64,000 nt of DNA from an uncultured Phycisphaerales bacterium (GTDB lineage Bacteria > Planctomycetota > Phycisphaerae > Tepidisphaerales > Tepidisphaeraceae). Position 1 is the stretch's first letter. Each line of letters opens with the position of its first letter. Under the pieces are notes generated by a model that saw nothing but the letters and a program-made list of their open reading frames with translations, searched no databases and was not told the origin of the DNA. Location of the stretch: NCBI GenBank assembly GCA_963755915.1, contig CAVWLP010000002.1:1952001-2016000 (forward strand), written 5' to 3'. Both the position numbers and the translations under genes were made by a program. Below, one piece after another: positions 41,885 to 53,978 of this stretch.

Positions 41885-42205
41885 ATGGGCGATCTTATAA
41901 GCAAGGCAATCCTTTCCGGGTTGGGGCTCGCCAGCCTCACCAAGGACGCAATCAAAAAAACGGCCGAAGACCTCGTCAGTCAATCCAAGCTTTCCGAGGC
42001 AGAGGGCCGGCGGCTCGTTCGCGACTTCCAGCGACGAACTTCCAAGGCTCATAAGGCCATCGAAACCAAAGTCGAAACCGCGATCCACAACGCCCTCGAG
42101 AGCCTCGACCCTGCCGCTCTCCAGGCGCGCGTGAAAAACCTCAAATCGGGCAAGCCCGCCACAAAACGCAAACGCTCAGGAGGCGCGAGCAAAACCGCCG
42201 ACTGA
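41885..42205 (+). CDS. Phasin/PhaF-like small protein
   Basis: AILSGLGLASLTKD...LSEAEGRRLV; RBS AGGAG; typical upstream partner of UbiB kinases. Confidence 0.7.
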   Translation: MGDLISKAILSGLGLASLTKDAIKKTAEDLVSQSKLSEAEGRRLVRDFQRRTSKAHKAIETKVETAIHNALESLDPAALQARVKNLKSGKPATKRKRSGGASKTAD

Positions 42206-42219
42206 AACGAATAACCTCG

Positions 42220-43875
42220 ATGCAACTTCAATCCGTCACTCATATCCCAGGGGATGTCGCCCGCGCCTCGGAAGTCGTCCGCGTGCTCGTCAAGCACGGG
42301 CTGGCGGCCTGGCTTGAAGGCACCGAATGGGCCCCCGCCCGCCGCCTTCTCACCAGCCACACCGGCGAAATCCTCACCGACCAACCCTTCCCCGTCCGTC
42401 TGCGAATGGCCCTTTCCGACCTGGGCACCACCTTCATCAAGCTAGGCCAGGTTCTGGGGACACGTCCAGACCTTGTCGGTCTCGACATCGCCGCCGAGCT
42501 TGCCAAGCTTCAAAGTGGCACACCCGCCGACCCTCCCGAAGTTGTCGTCGCCACCGTCGAAAAAGAGCTGGGCCGGCCCATCGCCGAATGCTTCCTCGAA
42601 TTCGACCGCGAGGCGTTGGCCTCCGCCTCCGTCGGGCAGGTCCATCGCGCCAAGCTCCTTAGCGGCCGGCCCGTCGTCGTGAAAGTCCAGCACCCCGGCA
42701 TCGAAGGGACCATCCATCGCGATCTCAATATTCTCGGCAACCTCGCCTCGCTCGCCGAGCGCCAGCAGGACTTGAAACGCTATCAGCCCGCCGCCGTCGT
42801 TCGCGAGTTCAGCGAAACACTGATGCGCGAGCTCGATTTCCGCCGCGAGATGCGCAGCCTCCAGCAGTTCCGCCGAAACTTCGCGGATGATAAAACCGTC
42901 GTTTTCCCCAAGCCCTACCCCGAGCTGTGCAACGGGCGGGTGCTGACGATGCAGATGCTCAAGGGCATCAGCGTCGGCAACGCCAAGAAGCTGAAGAAAC
43001 GCAACATCGATCCCGAAGCCCTCGCCAAGCAGGGCGCCGGTGTTTTCGTGCAGATGATTTTCCGCGACGGCTTCTATCACGCCGACCCGCACCCGGGAAA
43101 CATCATCGTCATGACCCGGGGCCGCATCGGCATCCTCGACGCCGGCATGGTCGGGCGCATCGACGACGAGCTGCGCCAGCGGATCATCGAGATTCTTCTT
43201 GCCGCCGCCGACCGGGATGCGCCGCGGCTCGCCGATGTCATCGCTGAACTCACAAAAGCGCCCGCCGACCTCGATCGCGGCGGTCTCAGCGCCGATCTTA
43301 TGGAAGTCTTCGGCCAGTACGGCACCCAATCCGTCGGCCAATTCGACATCGGCGGCGCGCTCACCTCCGTCACCCGCATCATGCATGAATACAACCTCTT
43401 CATGCCCAGCCGGCTCTCGATGCTGATCAAGTGCCTGATCGTCCTGGAGGGAACCGCCAAGGGGATGAGCGCCAATTTCAACCTCGCCGACCTTCTTCAG
43501 CCCTTTCAGCGCCAGTTTGTGCTTCAGCAGCTTTCCCCCGAAGCGTGGATGCGCAAGCTCCGGCGTCTGCGGCGCGACTGGGAGGTGCTGGCCGAGACCA
43601 TCCCCCGCAGTTTCAACAAGCTCCTCGAGCAGCTTCAAACCGGAAACCTCGCCATTCGCATCAAGCACCGCCCGCTGGAGCGCTCGGCGAGCCGCCTGGT
43701 TTACGGATTGTGCACCAGCGCGTTTCTGCTCGCCTCGGCGATGCTGTGGGTGAACCATGTGCCGCCAACGATTCGCGGCGTTTCCATCCTCGGCGCTGCC
43801 GGCTATTTCGTCGCGGTCTTCCTGGGCTTTCGCATTCTTTGGTCCATCACGTGGGATCGGCGAAAAGACGATTGA
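42220..43875 (+). CDS. AarF/ABC1/UbiB-family atypical protein kinase
   Basis: FIKLGQ, ASASVGQVH, VVKVQ, ELDF, HADPHPGN, LDAGMVG; two C-terminal TMs. Confidence 0.93.
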   Translation: MQLQSVTHIPGDVARASEVVRVLVKHGLAAWLEGTEWAPARRLLTSHTGEILTDQPFPVRLRMALSDLGTTFIKLGQVLGTRPDLVGLDIAAELAKLQSGTPADPPEVVVATVEKELGRPIAECFLEFDREALASASVGQVHRAKLLSGRPVVVKVQHPGIEGTIHRDLNILGNLASLAERQQDLKRYQPAAVVREFSETLMRELDFRREMRSLQQFRRNFADDKTVVFPKPYPELCNGRVLTMQMLKGISVGNAKKLKKRNIDPEALAKQGAGVFVQMIFRDGFYHADPHPGNIIVMTRGRIGILDAGMVGRIDDELRQRIIEILLAAADRDAPRLADVIAELTKAPADLDRGGLSADLMEVFGQYGTQSVGQFDIGGALTSVTRIMHEYNLFMPSRLSMLIKCLIVLEGTAKGMSANFNLADLLQPFQRQFVLQQLSPEAWMRKLRRLRRDWEVLAETIPRSFNKLLEQLQTGNLAIRIKHRPLERSASRLVYGLCTSAFLLASAMLWVNHVPPTIRGVSILGAAGYFVAVFLGFRILWSITWDRRKDD

Positions 43876-44332
43876 GTGGCGCTATAACCGCGGAAAAAAA
43901 GTAGCAGGGGGATTGCGGTACAAAAGGTAACACTCCGCAACAAGCTGGGCAGGATGGGTAAGATGGGCAACCTTCCTTGTCGCGGGAGTGCAGCGTTCGC
44001 GGAGAAATACCATAAATATCTTGATGAGTAGATTTTCTGTGGTGAATCGATGTGATTGGCAGAGGATCGAGCCAATCTTGTCTTTCGGGACTTTTGCGCC
44101 TTCGCGTTTGGCTTGCAATATGGTCATTGGCGGTCACGGCAGGGATGCATCGGATACAATAATGTCAAATGGAGGCTTCAATGGTTGAAGAAACACGAAA
44201 ATCGATCCGGAAGTTTCAACCGGAGGAAGACCACCCGCACGTTGCGGATCGAGCCCACGTTGTGTCCCCGCGAGCCCCAGAAGTCCGAGGAAAACGGCCG
44301 GAAAAACAGCAGAAATCGATATAATGGGTTCA

Positions 44333-44389
44333 CGTCACTCTTCGTTGTCCGCGTCACTTTTAGTCGTTCCGCGTCACTCTTAGTTGTCC
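44333..44389 (+). repeat. Three tandem ~19-20-bp repeats
   Basis: CGTCACTCTTCGTTGTCCG / CGTCACTTTTAGTCGTTCCG / CGTCACTCTTAGTTGTCC. Confidence 0.8.
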
Positions 44390-44411
44390 TGGTTATTTGG
44401 AATCAGAGATC

Positions 44412-45563
44412 ATGAGCCAAAACGAACCTGTAATCGGGAACGATCCATGTCCCTGCGGCAGCGGGCGCGGATATAAAGAGTGTTGTCGGCCTCGCGTCAC
44501 GGGAAACGTCGTCCCGTCTCCGGAAATTCTGATACGGCACCAACAACACATACTGGACGAACAGAACCGGGTTGCCCAATTCGGTCATGTTCGCCCGATC
44601 ATTCATGCGGATTGGAAGAGCAAAACATGGGTTGCGGTGGGCGACACACTGCACGCTTCGGATCAATGGAAGACGTTTCTCGATTTCTTGTGGGACCACA
44701 TTATTTTCGTATTGGGACCTGATTGGGGTCAGATGGAACTCCAAAAAGATCCCGCCGCGCGGCATCCGATTTTAGATTGGTACGTGCGGACCTGTAATTT
44801 GCAGGCTCAGGCAGGTCAATCAAAGGGCCCAAGCGGGATCTATGCGTTGAAGCCGAACGGTGTCGCCGCGGCCTATTTCAACCTAGCGTATGACTTATAC
44901 GTGCTTCGCCACCACCAATCGCTTTTGGATAGCGTGGTGCGCCGGTTGAAACGCCACGACCAGTTTCAAGGCGCTCGGTATGAGCTCTTTGTCACTGCTA
45001 CCTGCATTCGTGCCGGTTTCGATATCAAGCACGAGGACGAGTCGGACACAAGCCGTAAACATCCGGAATTTGGAGCAGCCCATCGCGCAAGCGGACAACA
45101 TCTGTGGGTCGAGGCTAAAAGTAAGCACAGGGCCGGCGTACTTGGTTATGCGGGTGAGCGTGAGGCTTCTGAGCCTCGCGCGAATGTGAAATGGCTATTG
45201 CAGGACGCCGCGGCCATAGCGCCAGAGGGTCCTTACGTGGTGTTTGTTGACGTCAATATTTCTCCATCGAAGGTATCCGTTTTTGACACAGTTTGGTGCA
45301 AAGCATGCTTGGATAGCTTTTGCGACTTGGCCGACGGCTCGGCCAGCCCAGCAGAACCGTTCAATATGGCGATCTTCACGAACCATCCGTATCATTACGG
45401 TGCCGACAGCGACGCTACTCCTGGCTTTAGCTATGTAGCTATTTTGCGCAACAACCCAAACACTCAATTGCGCATCCACAGGCCCTTATGGGCCTCATCG
45501 CCGCGGTTCAATCCTATGGCCAAATTCCACAGGCATTTCCTAGTGAATAGAATTCAGCATTGA
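44412..45563 (+). CDS. SEC-C motif protein with possible PD-(D/E)xK-like domain
   Basis: IGNDPCPCGSGRGYKECC; later ARYEL...HPEF...WVEAKS; lower GC than flanks. Confidence 0.7.
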   Translation: MSQNEPVIGNDPCPCGSGRGYKECCRPRVTGNVVPSPEILIRHQQHILDEQNRVAQFGHVRPIIHADWKSKTWVAVGDTLHASDQWKTFLDFLWDHIIFVLGPDWGQMELQKDPAARHPILDWYVRTCNLQAQAGQSKGPSGIYALKPNGVAAAYFNLAYDLYVLRHHQSLLDSVVRRLKRHDQFQGARYELFVTATCIRAGFDIKHEDESDTSRKHPEFGAAHRASGQHLWVEAKSKHRAGVLGYAGEREASEPRANVKWLLQDAAAIAPEGPYVVFVDVNISPSKVSVFDTVWCKACLDSFCDLADGSASPAEPFNMAIFTNHPYHYGADSDATPGFSYVAILRNNPNTQLRIHRPLWASSPRFNPMAKFHRHFLVNRIQH

Positions 45564-45575
45564 AATGTAGCGAAA

Positions 45576-45626
45576 TGAATAAAAGGTACGTCCCATTTAT
45601 TCAATCCCGTCCCATTTATTCAATCC
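45576..45626. repeat. Palindrome plus exact 19-bp tandem duplication
   Basis: TGAATAAA-AGGTACGTCCCA-TTTATTCA; CGTCCCATTTATTCAATCC twice (45589-45607, 45608-45626). Confidence 0.8.
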
Positions 45627-45836
45627 GGCTCGATACAGAATAGAAACCGATCCCGTTTGTATCTCCGGACAGGATGGGAAGTGACCCCTCCTCTTTATGT
45701 CCCTCGTGGCGAGCCAAATAACGCGGATCGCCGGGGATTTCGGTATGGCAGCCGGTAATCCAGGCCCCTCGACTGTGAGATTTTTATGTCCGGTTGGGCT
45801 CCAGCAGCGGGCATAATGGAGGTGGAGATCGCGAGC

Positions 45837-47318
45837 ATGACCGATTTGGAGCTTTTGAAGCGTTACGTGGGGGGCGACCACGATGCGTTCGGGCAGCTCT
45901 TTCGCAGGCATGCGAATTGGGTTTACTCAGTCGCCAGCCGGCGGGTAAGCGATCCGTCACTGGCGGAGGACGTGACCCAGGCGACGTTTATCCTCTTGGT
46001 GCGCCAGGCCAGAACAATGGGGGATGGAGTGATTTTGCCGGCATGGCTGCTGAGAACGGTCATCTTCATGGTGGGACAAGCGATGAGGTCCGAGACTCGG
46101 CGAAAAGAACGCGAGAGGCGGGCGGCGATGATGCGAACAGATCAAAAAAAGCCAATGTCGGATTGGGAATGGAAGCTCGATGAATGCGTCCATGCCTGCG
46201 CCAAAAGGACCGGCAGGCGGTAGTGTTGCGGTTCTATGCAGAGAAATCCCTGGCCGAAGTCGGAATGGAGATGGGAACTTCGGAAGACGCCGCGCGAAAG
46301 AGAATTTCGCGGGCGATGGAAAGTCTCAAGCGAATGATGGAGTCAAAGGCGCAGGCGCGGGGATCGGTCTGGCCGTCATGACGGATTGCCTGGCCAATCG
46401 GTGGGTGCAGGCAGCACCGGCGCGATTGTTGGAAACGCGATGGGAGGCGGCAATGTCAACCGGCTCAAACGCTTGGTCAATCGTGAAGACGGCCAATCAT
46501 GCGGTGATCATGGGCAAAGTGAAACTGACGGCGGCGATCGTGTTGCTGGCAATTGTGCCAGCCGTGGTTTGGATAGGAGCGATCTTGCGCGGGCCGACGG
46601 CGTTGCGGGGACGCCGCGAACCGACGGCTCCACCGCGACCGCGCGAGCCGACAGCGCGGCGGGGACGGGGCGGGCGGGGCTGGAGTTTCACATTTTTGCC
46701 GACCGAGTCACCGCGACGCCGGCGCAGTTGGCGGCGATGGATGCGCGGCTCGTGCCCGGAGGCGCCGGTCCTGCCGTTCAGGCGGGGGATGCCATCGCCT
46801 GGTTCGAGGTGGAGCACCCGGAGCAATATGATCGTGCCGGCGAGCCGCCACAAACACGGCAATGGGGCGGCAAGCATTACCTCCCGTTGCTCGTGACAGC
46901 GGATGCGTCAATGAATTCCGCCGACAGGATATGGAGACTCCAGAATGTCCGCGAGCAGATCGAGCCCGAAGGGACGCGCTGCATCGTGTTCCAGTTTGAT
47001 AACTCTGGGGCGAAGTTGTTTGGTGATTTCACGACACGATGGTTGAATCTGGCCAAAAGACATACGGAAATACGAGACGCGCATGCCCGATTGGCTGTTG
47101 TGGTGGACGGTCGGATCATCAGCGTCCCAAACATCAACGCGGCCATCACGGGCGGGTCGGGAATCATCACAGGCGGAGGCAACGGTGGATTTAACGCAGA
47201 CGAGATTGCGCAGTTGCTTGGCGAAATGCGCGACGGTGGCACGACCGCTGAAGTCTCGCGCCTGGCACGACACAGCCGTAAGACGCGTTCCTCCGCGGGT
47301 ACGGCAGCAGTCCGTTAG
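45837..47318 (+). CDS. ECF sigma-70 factor with TM and SecD/SecF-head-like C-terminal extension; about three frameshifts
   Basis: Sigma2 (AEDVTQATF, LPAWL); sigma4 (AVVLRFY, SEDAARKRISRA); TM; then FQFDNSGAKLFGDFT..RLAVVVDGRIISVPNINAAITGG. Confidence 0.75.
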
Positions 47319-47367
47319 GTTTGCCACTTCGCTATGTAAACGCGGACGCAAAAAAAGATCATGGGTC

Positions 47368-48918
47368 GAATGCCATTCGCTTAGCTCGTAACTCCGCGCC
47401 GGCACTGCATTTACTGGATTTGCGCAAGACGTAGCCTCCTGTCAGAATGGTGGTGTCTAGATCACCAACCAACAGGAGGCCACGGATGGCTATCATCGCT
47501 TCAACCCTCGCTCGAATCAAATCCGATCCGCTCAACTGCATCGGAGGCAAACAACGCGTCAACGAGCACTTTGCCCAGGCCGGTCACGTCTGGCGGCAAC
47601 GGTTGCTCGATCCGGCGACGACACTGACGCTGTTCATCCTCCAGGTACTGCACGGCAATACCGCCATCACTCACCTGCGGCAACTGAGTCGCATCACCGT
47701 GGCCGCGGCCAGTTATTGCCAGGCCCGGGCTCGCTTGCCGCTGGAGGCGCTGGCGCAACTGGTTGAGAATGTCTCTCGCAACGCCATTGTCTCCATTCAA
47801 TCGCAGGCGGAGGATGGCGCGAAACCCTCGCCGGGTCCGGCCTCCTGGCTGGGACGACGCGTGATCCTCTGTGACGGCACCTCCGTTACGACGCCGGACG
47901 CGGCGCCCCTGCAGCAGCGCTGGCCACAGCCCTCCACGCAGAAACCGGGATGCGGGCTTCCAATGATTAAGCTGCTGGGAATGCTGGACCTGGCCACCGG
48001 CATGATTCTGCATCTGACGATGATGTCCATGAATTGCCATGAGATGGGCCAACTCGTCGGACTGCACGCGGCGCTGCAGCCGCAAGACGTGCTACTGGCG
48101 GATCGGGGGTTCTGCTCGTTCGTTCACCTGGCTTTGCTCTCGGTTTTTCCGATGGATGCGGTGTTCCGGATGCATCAGAACATGATCGTGGATTTCACAA
48201 CCGGCCGGCGTCATGCCCCCCGGCGCGGCAAGAAAAGCAAACGCGGCAAGCCCAAGTCCAAATTCATCCGGAAGCTGGGCCAGGAAGATCAGATTGTCCA
48301 ATGGCTCAGGCCGCGGGTGGCTCCCAAATGGATCGGCGCATCGCTCTTCGCCGGCCTGGCCCCGACACTGCTGGTGCGGGAGCTTCGCTACCGCATTACC
48401 GTGCGCGGCCGGCGCACCCGTGTCGTGACCATCGCCACCACGTTGCTGGACCCGCTGCGATATCCCAAGCGACGCATCGCCGAACTCTATGGACTGCGCT
48501 GGGAGGTCGAGACCAACTTCCGCCATCTCAAGATCACGATGGGAATGCACCGGCTCAAGTGCAAAAGCGCCCAGGGCGTGCTCAAGGAACTCATGATCTT
48601 CGTGCTGGTCTACAACCTGGTCCGCGCGGCGATGGTGCTGGTGGCGCTTCGGCAACGCGCCAACGATCCCAATCGCATCAGCTTCATCGATGCGCTACGG
48701 TGGCTGCAGGAGAGAATCGATCACCTCTGTCTCACAGGTGTCCCCGAATTGCCCGGCGCCGGCCGTCGATCTGATCGTCAACCGACTGCGTGCGGAGCGT
48801 TGGTGTCCGCGCGTCACAAAGCGGCGGAAAAAGCAATGCGATCTGATGACCAAATCGCGGCGCGAGTACGCAGAACCGCCAATGGAGACACAACTTGCGG
48901 GCTAAGCGAATGGCATTC
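47368..48918 (+). mobile_element. IS4-family insertion sequence
   Basis: Perfect 18-bp IRs GAATGCCATTCGCTTAGC; perfect 11-bp direct repeat GATCATGGGTC at 47357-47367 and 48919-48929. Confidence 0.96.
47486..48905 (+). CDS. IS4-family DDE transposase (frameshift near 48760)
   Basis: CDGT, LADRGF, YGLRWEVETNFRHLK; tail RAERWCPRVTKRR in the next frame stops inside the right IR. Confidence 0.92.
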
Positions 48919-49212
48919 GATCATGGGTCCTTTTTGCGCCTCGGCTTTTCCGGACCTTCATGCCGATGTCCAATCACCGCTTCTGTCGCGTTTCGCGATT
49001 CGCCTGACGCAATCTCTTGCGCACATAAGTCCCATTTTTACCGGATAATGTCTACAACTATTCTCTTTGCCTGCCCTCAAATCCTGAGTTAAAATCGGGG
49101 ATATGGGGATGGGATGGCGGGATTTGAAAATGTTTCGCGGAATAATCGCAACGAAATTCTATAAATCTCCGCTTCGCGAAGTGTTAAATTTGTCCCAAGT
49201 GAAGATCGATTT

Positions 49213-52096
49213 GTGACGGTTTCGCGATTTCCGGCATACGGACCGCAGGAGGGTAATTTGTTTCCCACAGGGGCGATTCGCTCGCGCATCAAGCGCTCTC
49301 TATTGACGCTTTTCTCCATCGGCCTGCTGACAGTTGGCTGTGCCCAGCTCGCATCGGCGCAGCTCGTTTCATTCCCCGGCGCCGTCGGCTTCGGCGACAT
49401 CGCCACCGGCGGACGCGGCGGAAGCGTCTACGTCGTCACCAACCTCAACTCCTCCGGAACAGGATCCTTCGAAGCCGCCGTCAGCGAGCCAAACCGAATC
49501 GTTGTCTTCGACGTCGGCGGCTACATCAACCTCGACGGCGAAGTCGCCGTCGCCAACGATGTCACCATTGAAGGCCAGACCGCGCCGGGCCAGGGCATCG
49601 GGCTGATGGACGGCGAGATCTCGTTTTCCAGCGCCACCAACGACATCGTCAACGACATTCGCGTCCGCCAGGGAAATGGCAGCGGTACCGACAGCGGCAA
49701 AGCCGGCGTCGAAATGGACGGGGGCACCAACATCATTCTCAACCACGTCTCCGTGCAATTCGGTGAATTCGACAGTTTGGATCTCACCAACTCCACCAAC
49801 GTGACCGTGCAAAATTCGATCATCTCCGACGCCATCGGGCAGCAGTTCGGAATTCATGGTCAGAGCGACACCGGCATGACCTACGCATACAACGTCTTTG
49901 CCAACGATCACAATCGCAATCCAGACGTGGAAAACGACGGCTCGGCGCAGGTCATCGACAACATTGTTTACAACGTCCAGGCAGGCATGACCTCCGGCAA
50001 TACCGGCGGCACACGCATGGAGGACGTCGTCAACAACTATTTCATCACCGGGCCATCTACCACCAGCAACGGCGATGCGGGGTTTTATCAGGTGGACAGC
50101 GGCGATGAGATGTATGCCTCGGGGAACTTGGAGGACGACAACAAGAACGGCGTGCTCGACGGCTCATCGGTTTCCCCCGGCGGCGCGACAATCGAAAGCT
50201 CGCCGTGGTTCGCGTCGACAACAACGATGCCCTTATTCAGCGCCGCCGGCGCATTTACCTACGACACCACCTACGCCGGCGATTCCGTCAGTCGCGACCA
50301 ACTCGACTCCCTCGACATCAGCCAGGTGGAATCCTTGGGCACTACCGGAGGAACTTCCGCCAGCGGGGACCATCTCTACGGCTCCCCCGGCGATTCGGGC
50401 CTGGGCAACGGCGGCTACGGCACCATCACCGGCGGAACCGCCCCCACCAGCAGCGCCAACAACGGAATCCCCGACACCTGGGCCGAAACGCACGGCGTTC
50501 TCGCCTGGGCAGCCGCTAACAGCACCAACATTGCCAACGCCGCCTTCGCAACCGTCACCGACCCAATTGGCTACGACGAAGTCGAGGACTACGCCAACCA
50601 ACTCGCCAACCAGTTCCCGGCCATCACCTGGACATCCTCTTCCGGAAATTGGTCCACGACCGGCAACTGGAGTTCCAGCGCCGTCCCCGGCCTCTTCCAG
50701 CAGGCATTCATTCGCGGCAACGGAACGACCAACGGGGCGGTTACGATTACCACCTCCGGCAACACTGCCGAATATCTCTCCATCGGCGGCAACGGACCTG
50801 CCGCCGGCGAGCAGCTTCCCATTACCTCCGGCTCGCTCAATATCGAAGACACCATCCTTGTTGGTGATCAGAACAACGGCTCGCTGAACATCAACGGGGG
50901 AACGATCACCGCCCCCAACGTCGAGCTTGGCGATACGGTGTATAACGCGACGGGGACTTCCTCGACCACATACACCGGCACACTCAACCTCACCGCCGGC
51001 ATCCTGGCCCTCCAGCAGCTCGTTCTCGGCGCTGGAACGCCGGGCGACTGGAACACCGGCGGCGTTTGGGACTGGTCCGGTGGAACCCTCCAGGCGACTG
51101 GTCCGCTCAAGGTCAACGTCCCGGCAACCATCGGCCCCGGCGGCGCATTCGTAAACACCAGCGGATTCTCCGGAACCATCTCCTCCATCCTCAGCGGAAT
51201 CGGTGGGTTCACCAAAAACGGCGCAGGAACCCTCATCCTCAGCGCCGCCAACCAGTACAACGGGATGACCACCGTCAACGTCGGCGGCGTTCTCGATGTC
51301 ACCGGCAGCCTCTTCAACAACAGTTCTGCGTTTGTCGATATTGCCGCCGACTCCACCGGCGCCACCAAACTGATCCGCTCCACTCCTCTCAACCAGAGCT
51401 ACGACAACTTCGGCTCCTCCATCACCTCCGACCTTTTCAGCAATGCCAACATCCTCAGCGGATATAGCAAAACCAACAATCCCAGCGTCGGCAAAACCAT
51501 TACCATGTCCTGGTCTCAGCGAACCACTTCCGAGCAGCCCGACATCATCAGCGACATCTTCACCCTTAGCGGGATGGCCAACGCCGGAACCGCCGGCACC
51601 GGCCAGACCGACCCCTTTGCCCTGCAGATGAACTTCTCCACCAGCGAATTCGCTCTGACCGGCCCGGCGAGCGAAACCGGTGCAGCCGCGGCAGGCGGCG
51701 CTGGAGCTTGATTGGCTCGACCCCAACGGCGGCGGCAGCGGCATCTCTGGCTGGGTTAACGCCACCATCGGTGACTTCGGCGTTGGCCTTTCCGGCGATA
51801 TCTTTACCGACGTCCAATCCTCCTGGACTACTTTTGCCACCCTCCACGGCATCACCGATTCCAACCTTGGCAATTACCTCGGAAGCTGGGGTGTCGATAG
51901 CACCGACAACCAGGTCTGGGCCGTGCTCAATTACAATTCCTCCTCCTACGCCAGCTATTTCGGGATCGCCAGCGTTCCCGAGCCCTGCTCAATGGCCGCC
52001 CTGGCGGCGCTCCTCTCGGTTCTGGCCCTGCGCCGCATGCACCAAGGCACGCCCTGGCGCCGATTTCATAACGCCATCATCGCAACCGTCCGATAA
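49213..52096 (+). CDS. Pectate-lyase (PL1-like) PEP-CTERM protein with autotransporter-type beta-strand repeat; frameshift near 51690
   Basis: FPGAVGFG..ATGGRGG.VYVVTNLN, GQTAPG, HNRNP; FTKNGAGTLILSAANQY; VPEP + TM in ORF 51680..52096; exact start uncertain. Confidence 0.85.
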
Positions 52097-52282
52097 TCTT
52101 AAGGTTAGAACAACCCGACCAACCGATCTGCTCGCTGCGCTTTTTACTATTCCATTGCCCGATTCTCCAAAGCTTTACAATTGTAGTACCCCGAAAATTG
52201 GTCTATCTTTCGACTCGAACGAAGAAGCGTTTGACGCAATCGGCGAAATGGAGCGGAAGTACTACGAGAGGAGTGGATACGA

Positions 52283-53853
52283 ATGGGGTATGTGTGTTCC
52301 GTATCGGCGGTCCGTGACGTCATCAACTTCACTTTCCGGGGAATCAAACCAACAAGCATCGGAGCTGCGATCTTGATCGCGTTCTGCGCCGAGTCGCGCA
52401 GGCGCAAGACTACGTCGTCCCAACGCTGCCTACCATCGGCTCAACGGTCTACAACCTCACCCTTCCGGACGGCGGCGTGGGCGGCGCAAACTTCGACGGC
52501 GGGGCAATCCTCATCAGCGGTGTGTCGACCAGTAAAACCACCGCCTCCACCGACGCTGCCGACAACACCACCCTTATCAACGACGCCATCGCCTACGCCT
52601 CCGCCAACGGCGGCGGCACCATCGAACTGCCCGGCGTCAGCGGCGGCGTCACCTACCTCTCCAACGAAGTCCTCATGGGCAACAACGTCAATCTCGACGT
52701 CGCCACCAACGCAACCCTCCAGAACGAAGCCACCACCGACACTTTCATCAGCACCGCGCCCTCCGCCACCGGCAACATCCAAATCAGCGGCGGCGGAATC
52801 ATCAACAGCAACGCCACCAGCACCTCCAACAACAAAATGGTCGAGCTTGAGGGCCTCAACAACGTCGAAGTCAACAACGTCACCATTGAAAACGCCCCCA
52901 ACGAGCACCTCGTCACCGAGGCCGATTCAAACGTGACCATCAACAACGTCACCATCCAGGATTCTAAAGTTCAGGCCAACACCGATGGCATCGACTTCTC
53001 CGGCACCAACGTCCTCATCGAAAACTCCAGCATCGCCGACGGCGATGACGACATTGTCGCCAAGCCCGATACCACCGTCGTCAACGGCATCACCGCCTAC
53101 ACTGCCAACGTCATTATCCAAAACATCAACATCACCGCCGGCCACGGAATCTCCATCGGCGGGCAGACCAACGCCGGCCTCAACGGCATGTACGTCAACA
53201 ACGTCACCGAAACCGGCTCGGGTACCGGGTCGGACGAGGTCATCGAAAACGGAATCCACCTCAAGGCCGGCGACGGAACCACCACCGCCACCCAGAACGG
53301 CGGACTCGTTCAGAACGTCACGTTCAACAACATCACGATGACCGACGTCGATGACGCCATCGTCATTAACAGCTTCTATAACAACGGGTCGGACAATTTC
53401 CCCAGTAACAGCGACTATCCCGTCTCTCCCACCGACTCCACCGAACCCCTCTGGAAAAACATCACCCTCGAAAACATCACCGTCAACAGCGCCACCGGCA
53501 GCGCCGCGGAAATCTACGGCCTCGACAGCTCTCCGCCTAACACCGACGGGCTCAATTTCGAGAACATCGACGTTCTGGAAAACGACAGCCCTTGGAAAAT
53601 GTACTACGCCGACGGCGTTTATATGGACGGCGTCACCATCGACGGCGCCCAGATCCTCGACGCCGAGGGCGATTACAAAACCCCCGACGGCAAAACCACC
53701 GAATCCGATGAAACCAACGACACCTTCGTGACTGCCGCCAATGCCAGCCAGATCTACACGCCCCAGGTGGTCCCCGAACCGGGCTCGCTGGCGTTGATTT
53801 GCGCATCGGCCGCTGCGTGTCTGCTTCGCCCCCTCCGCCGCCGGATCGCGTGA
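52283..53853 (+). CDS. GH28 (polygalacturonase-like) PEP-CTERM protein; frameshift near 52390 in the signal peptide
   Basis: NTDGID, GDDDI, GHGISIG motifs; C-terminal VPEPGS + TM + RRR. Confidence 0.87.
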
Positions 53854-53978
53854 TTATATTCTTACCCGCGGTCAGTAATTGCTATTGCAATTGCGATTAA
53901 GTAATTTTCCCGCCTTTGCTTCCGTCATAGAGTAAAGCCCGGTACGATTGCGCACCGGCCAATTACAGGAACAAGCTC

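Noticed and set aside
43930-44330. Short ORFs between the UbiB kinase and the SEC-C gene
   Set aside because: No RBS or motif support; the region looks like degenerate repeat-derived sequence
44333-44389. Short repeats as a CRISPR array
   Set aside because: The units are adjacent with no unique spacers, and there are no cas genes in the window
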